A stretch of 64,000 nt of DNA from Octopus sinensis (taxonomy: Eukaryota), in contig NC_042998.1 in the NCBI RefSeq assembly GCF_006345805.1, positions 172,732,001 through 172,796,000 of the forward strand, given 5' to 3'. The translations under genes were made by a program, and so were the position numbers. The notes under the pieces are model-generated. The model searched no databases, was not told where the DNA came from, and worked only from the letters and a program-made list of their open reading frames with translations. This document shows positions 63,170-64,000 of the stretch, in pieces. Position 1 is the stretch's first letter; each line of letters opens with the position of its first letter.

Positions 63170-64000
63170 CGGATTTTGTGTGTTTCTTAAATGGTTTATA
63201 AACACCATCCACGCTGCAATTGTTTTCGTTCCAGCACATGATCTCAGATCAGGTCGCTTGCTAGGCGAGTACATCTCCGTAATCATTTTATTTAATTATT
63301 GATAAACGTGACGGAAAGGGTGAATCAAAATATAGTTTCAGGAATATAGTTTCAGAACCAGGAAATTGCATATAGCAATGTATTTCGTTTGATATCTTTG
63401 AGAAAGGCTTCTTCAAGCTGGTGAAACATATAATGGGCAATAAAATATGCAAGACCCTGTAGCATGAATTAGCGTAAAACAAAGAAAGTTAGGAAATCAA
63501 ATAAAAATTTAGGGGAAGCAGGTAAAATTAGAACCACTTCAAAAGCTAAAGTCCTTCAAGACAGTTCTCTGAGGGACTTCGCTCAATATTTACAATTCCT
63601 TCGAAGGAGAACGGTTGCAAGTATTTAATCGCGGCCATTTAAAAGCTTTTGAGTTATTTGTCGAGATCACAGATTGTTAAATCATTACACGATCGACTAT
63701 TGTGAAATACCTTTGCAAATCTAAATGTATTTATAGCACATATTTGAACGCTATTTCTATGCAGGTTTAATGAAACAGAATTTTATTAGTTTTCTTTAAA
63801 TCTTCGAGCTCCGAGTTACCCTTGTACAATTGTGCAGAGAGATAAAATAGTTGGACAGAAAGAGAAAGTACATAATGGAGAAATGGATAACATTGTTCAA
63901 GAGCCATATCTGCGCCACAACATGCTATCGTTCCTCGGCAAATTACTTGTTATAAAATACTATAGCTAAAGGAGATTGATGCTAATTGATATTAACATGT

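Noticed and set aside
1-64000. Dozens of 60-130 aa ORFs rich in I, L, V, N, YI, HT or CV runs
   Set aside because: They are translations of microsatellites or antisense frames of transposon remnants.

Overview
AT-rich, microsatellite- and transposon-dense animal genomic DNA. The SINE families resemble those I recall from octopod cephalopods; this is an inference and no search was run. About four exons of one minus-strand host gene can be supported from splice signals: 27792-28069, 12563-12622, a 2.48-kb exon at 9989-12470, and possibly 9048-9135. They encode a long disordered S/T/P-rich protein with SxIP-like and LC8-like (AQT) motifs. The large exon is split by an apparent 1-nt homopolymer frameshift. 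The rest of the window is mostly retroelements: many R4/Dong-like REL-endonuclease LINE pieces in (AAT)n arrays (one near full length, one apparently 5'-inverted), RTE, Tx1/L1-like, HERO-like and Penelope remnants, and several SINE families. DNA transposon remnants include maT DD37D, TRT-like Tc1, Tigger- and piggyBac-type MITEs, and a non-autonomous Helitron. The most unusual signals are: (i) a ~204-nt circularly permuted hammerhead-ribozyme unit flanked by a 16-bp direct repeat (retrozyme-like); (ii) a second minimal hammerhead with a U3-A8 covariant core; (iii) a ~487-bp three-copy tandem array ending in a fold-back inversion. No rRNA, genuine tRNA gene or CRISPR array was seen. Most ORFs in the supplied track are microsatellite or transposon artefacts.
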